Assembly (NCBI GenBank): GCA_017654855.1
Contig: CM030333.1
Span: 1,612,001-1,676,000, forward strand
Length of the DNA: 64,000 nt
Source: Podospora anserina
Taxonomy: Eukaryota
Reading direction: 5' to 3'
Made by a program: the position numbers and the translations under genes. Shown one piece after another: positions 62,651 through 64,000 of this stretch (its first letter is position 1; each line of letters starts with the position of its first letter). The notes beneath the pieces are model-generated. The model was given only the letters and a program-made list of their open reading frames with translations. It searched no databases and was not told where the DNA came from.

Positions 62651-64000
62651 CTAGGCCCACGTGGACTGGATTGGAGAAGAAACGAACCCGACACTGTAGC
62701 GGTGGCTGGCAGGACCCATGACGGGAGAGGCGGCTGAGTAGGGGACCGTCCAGTTTCCAGAATCTTCGAAGTCGCTGTGGCCGGCGTCGCCAAAGTCGCC
62801 ATAGACGCTCGAGACGGGACTGTAGGCGCCGTAGGGGCTAGGGATGTTAAGATACTGCTGGTTGCCAGAGTGAGGGAACGGGGATGACAGCTGCAGAGGG
62901 CTGACAGCGCTGTTGGGAACAGACAGGTCCTCGGTGCTGTAGCTGAATGACACGCTGTCTCCATAGAAGTACTCTGGAGAAGCAGCGGGAACCATGGCCG
63001 GTGAACCGTCGTTCATGTAGAAGGGCGGCGCCGTGTACTGATGGAATGCGGGCGTGTCAACAGGATGGGCCCAACCCATGCGGGAGCGGAACTCGTAGAC
63101 TGTGCCGAGGGGGTGATCCATGAAACTGAGAGAGGTCTGGCCCCTCTCCGAGCAGCTGAGACGTTGATGGATTTCCTCGATAGGCTTGACGGTAAGGCTT
63201 CCAAAGTAGGCTGCACCAATGTCGGGGAAAAGACGCTCCATCAGCAAAGCGGCCGTGTAGTAGTGAGCAATCACGACCAACGAGTTGGGGGAGCAACTGC
63301 TCTGCTGCAGCATATCGACAGGAAGCCAGAACAGCCAGGTGCGCAACGCCCTAAGGCGCTCAAACTGCTGGTGCAAAGGCTGGGTTAAGACGATCTTGCG
63401 AGAGCCCTTCATGAAGGCAATGAGCTGCGTGATGGGCTTGGGGCTCTCATGGCTCTGCTTCAGATGGTGCTCGAGCTTCTGCAGCTGCTTCAGAGTCCGC
63501 TGGTAACTGTCCATGTCGGCAGCGCATGGCTGGCTGGGCTGGTGGTCCGGGGTGGGCGACGGAGGGCCGGTAGGGAACGTGCTGCTCTCGGCGATGAAGT
63601 CGCCAAAAAGGGACTCGTGTTTCCAGGATTCCATGGCATCGATAATCTATTTCGTCCGAATTAGTCGGGCGGTCGCGGGGGCTTGGCACAACCTTTTTTA
63701 CTCACCGTTGAGGTTCCTTGCATGAGTTCGGTCCAGCTCTTCCTGTATCGAGGTCAGCCCTGGTCGGTTGTAGCCCGGATAGCTGCAGCATATTGCTTAC
63801 CAATCCGTAGCTTGCCACGACAGCACGAGCGAAGCCGCCAGGATGGCGTCGGAGTTCTCCCTCGAGAAGCAGCCGATGGCTTCCTGAAGGCGGTTCAGCG
63901 CAATGCCCCGGTGCTCGTAGGCCATGTTGCCCACCAATGGGCAGTCGGTCAGGTGCGCAAGGTGCGTGGCGGAAAACGCCAGCAGCGCATGCAAGACATA
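62651..64000 (-). CDS. Fungal-specific transcription factor (Zn2Cys6/Upc2-like, Fungal_trans_2-type middle domain), 5' part outside window
   Basis: HALLAFSATHLA..YEHRGIAL..LQEAI..FSRENSDAILAASLVLSWQ and LR.WLFWLP, Ser/Pro-rich C-terminus. Introns 63743-63800 and 63647-63705. The Zn cluster itself is not visible. Confidence 0.82.

Overview
Eukaryotic DNA from a filamentous ascomycete (Sordariales; style suggests Podospora/Triangularia, which is an inference). The window is mostly a core-gene region with about 22 intact, mostly spliced genes. In order: SPB1 (3' end outside the window), cdt2, a short kinesin-3, a PPPDE-thioredoxin-PUL protein, GDA1, an Mtc2/AAA-lid-like protein, Rab7/YPT7, an EamA/SLC35F transporter, a heme oxygenase-like gene, an orphan with 26-aa repeats, a non-canonical eIF4E, a centrin/calmodulin-like gene, GLO2, LAS1, LYS9, a Pro/Gln-rich hypothetical, a pfkB kinase, an NAD kinase, a PAC4-like chaperone, KAP104 and the 3' part of a fungal transcription factor. 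There is also one dispersed, divergent 5S rRNA gene, an initiator tRNA-Met, a D-amino-acid-oxidase-family pseudogene, a 17-bp minisatellite and many microsatellites. No intact transposon, Starship captain or CRISPR array was seen. Best leads: (1) the TF's UAG stop sits in a predicted hairpin loop and is followed by 105 further in-frame sense codons, a candidate for A-to-I stop-loss editing or readthrough; (2) an in-frame uORF ending in UAG just upstream of the Pro/Gln-rich gene; (3) an orphan built from tandem KIKV-motif repeats; (4) an unannotated spliced unit with a structured intron upstream of KAP104. All gene models were derived by eye and exon boundaries may be off by a few bases.
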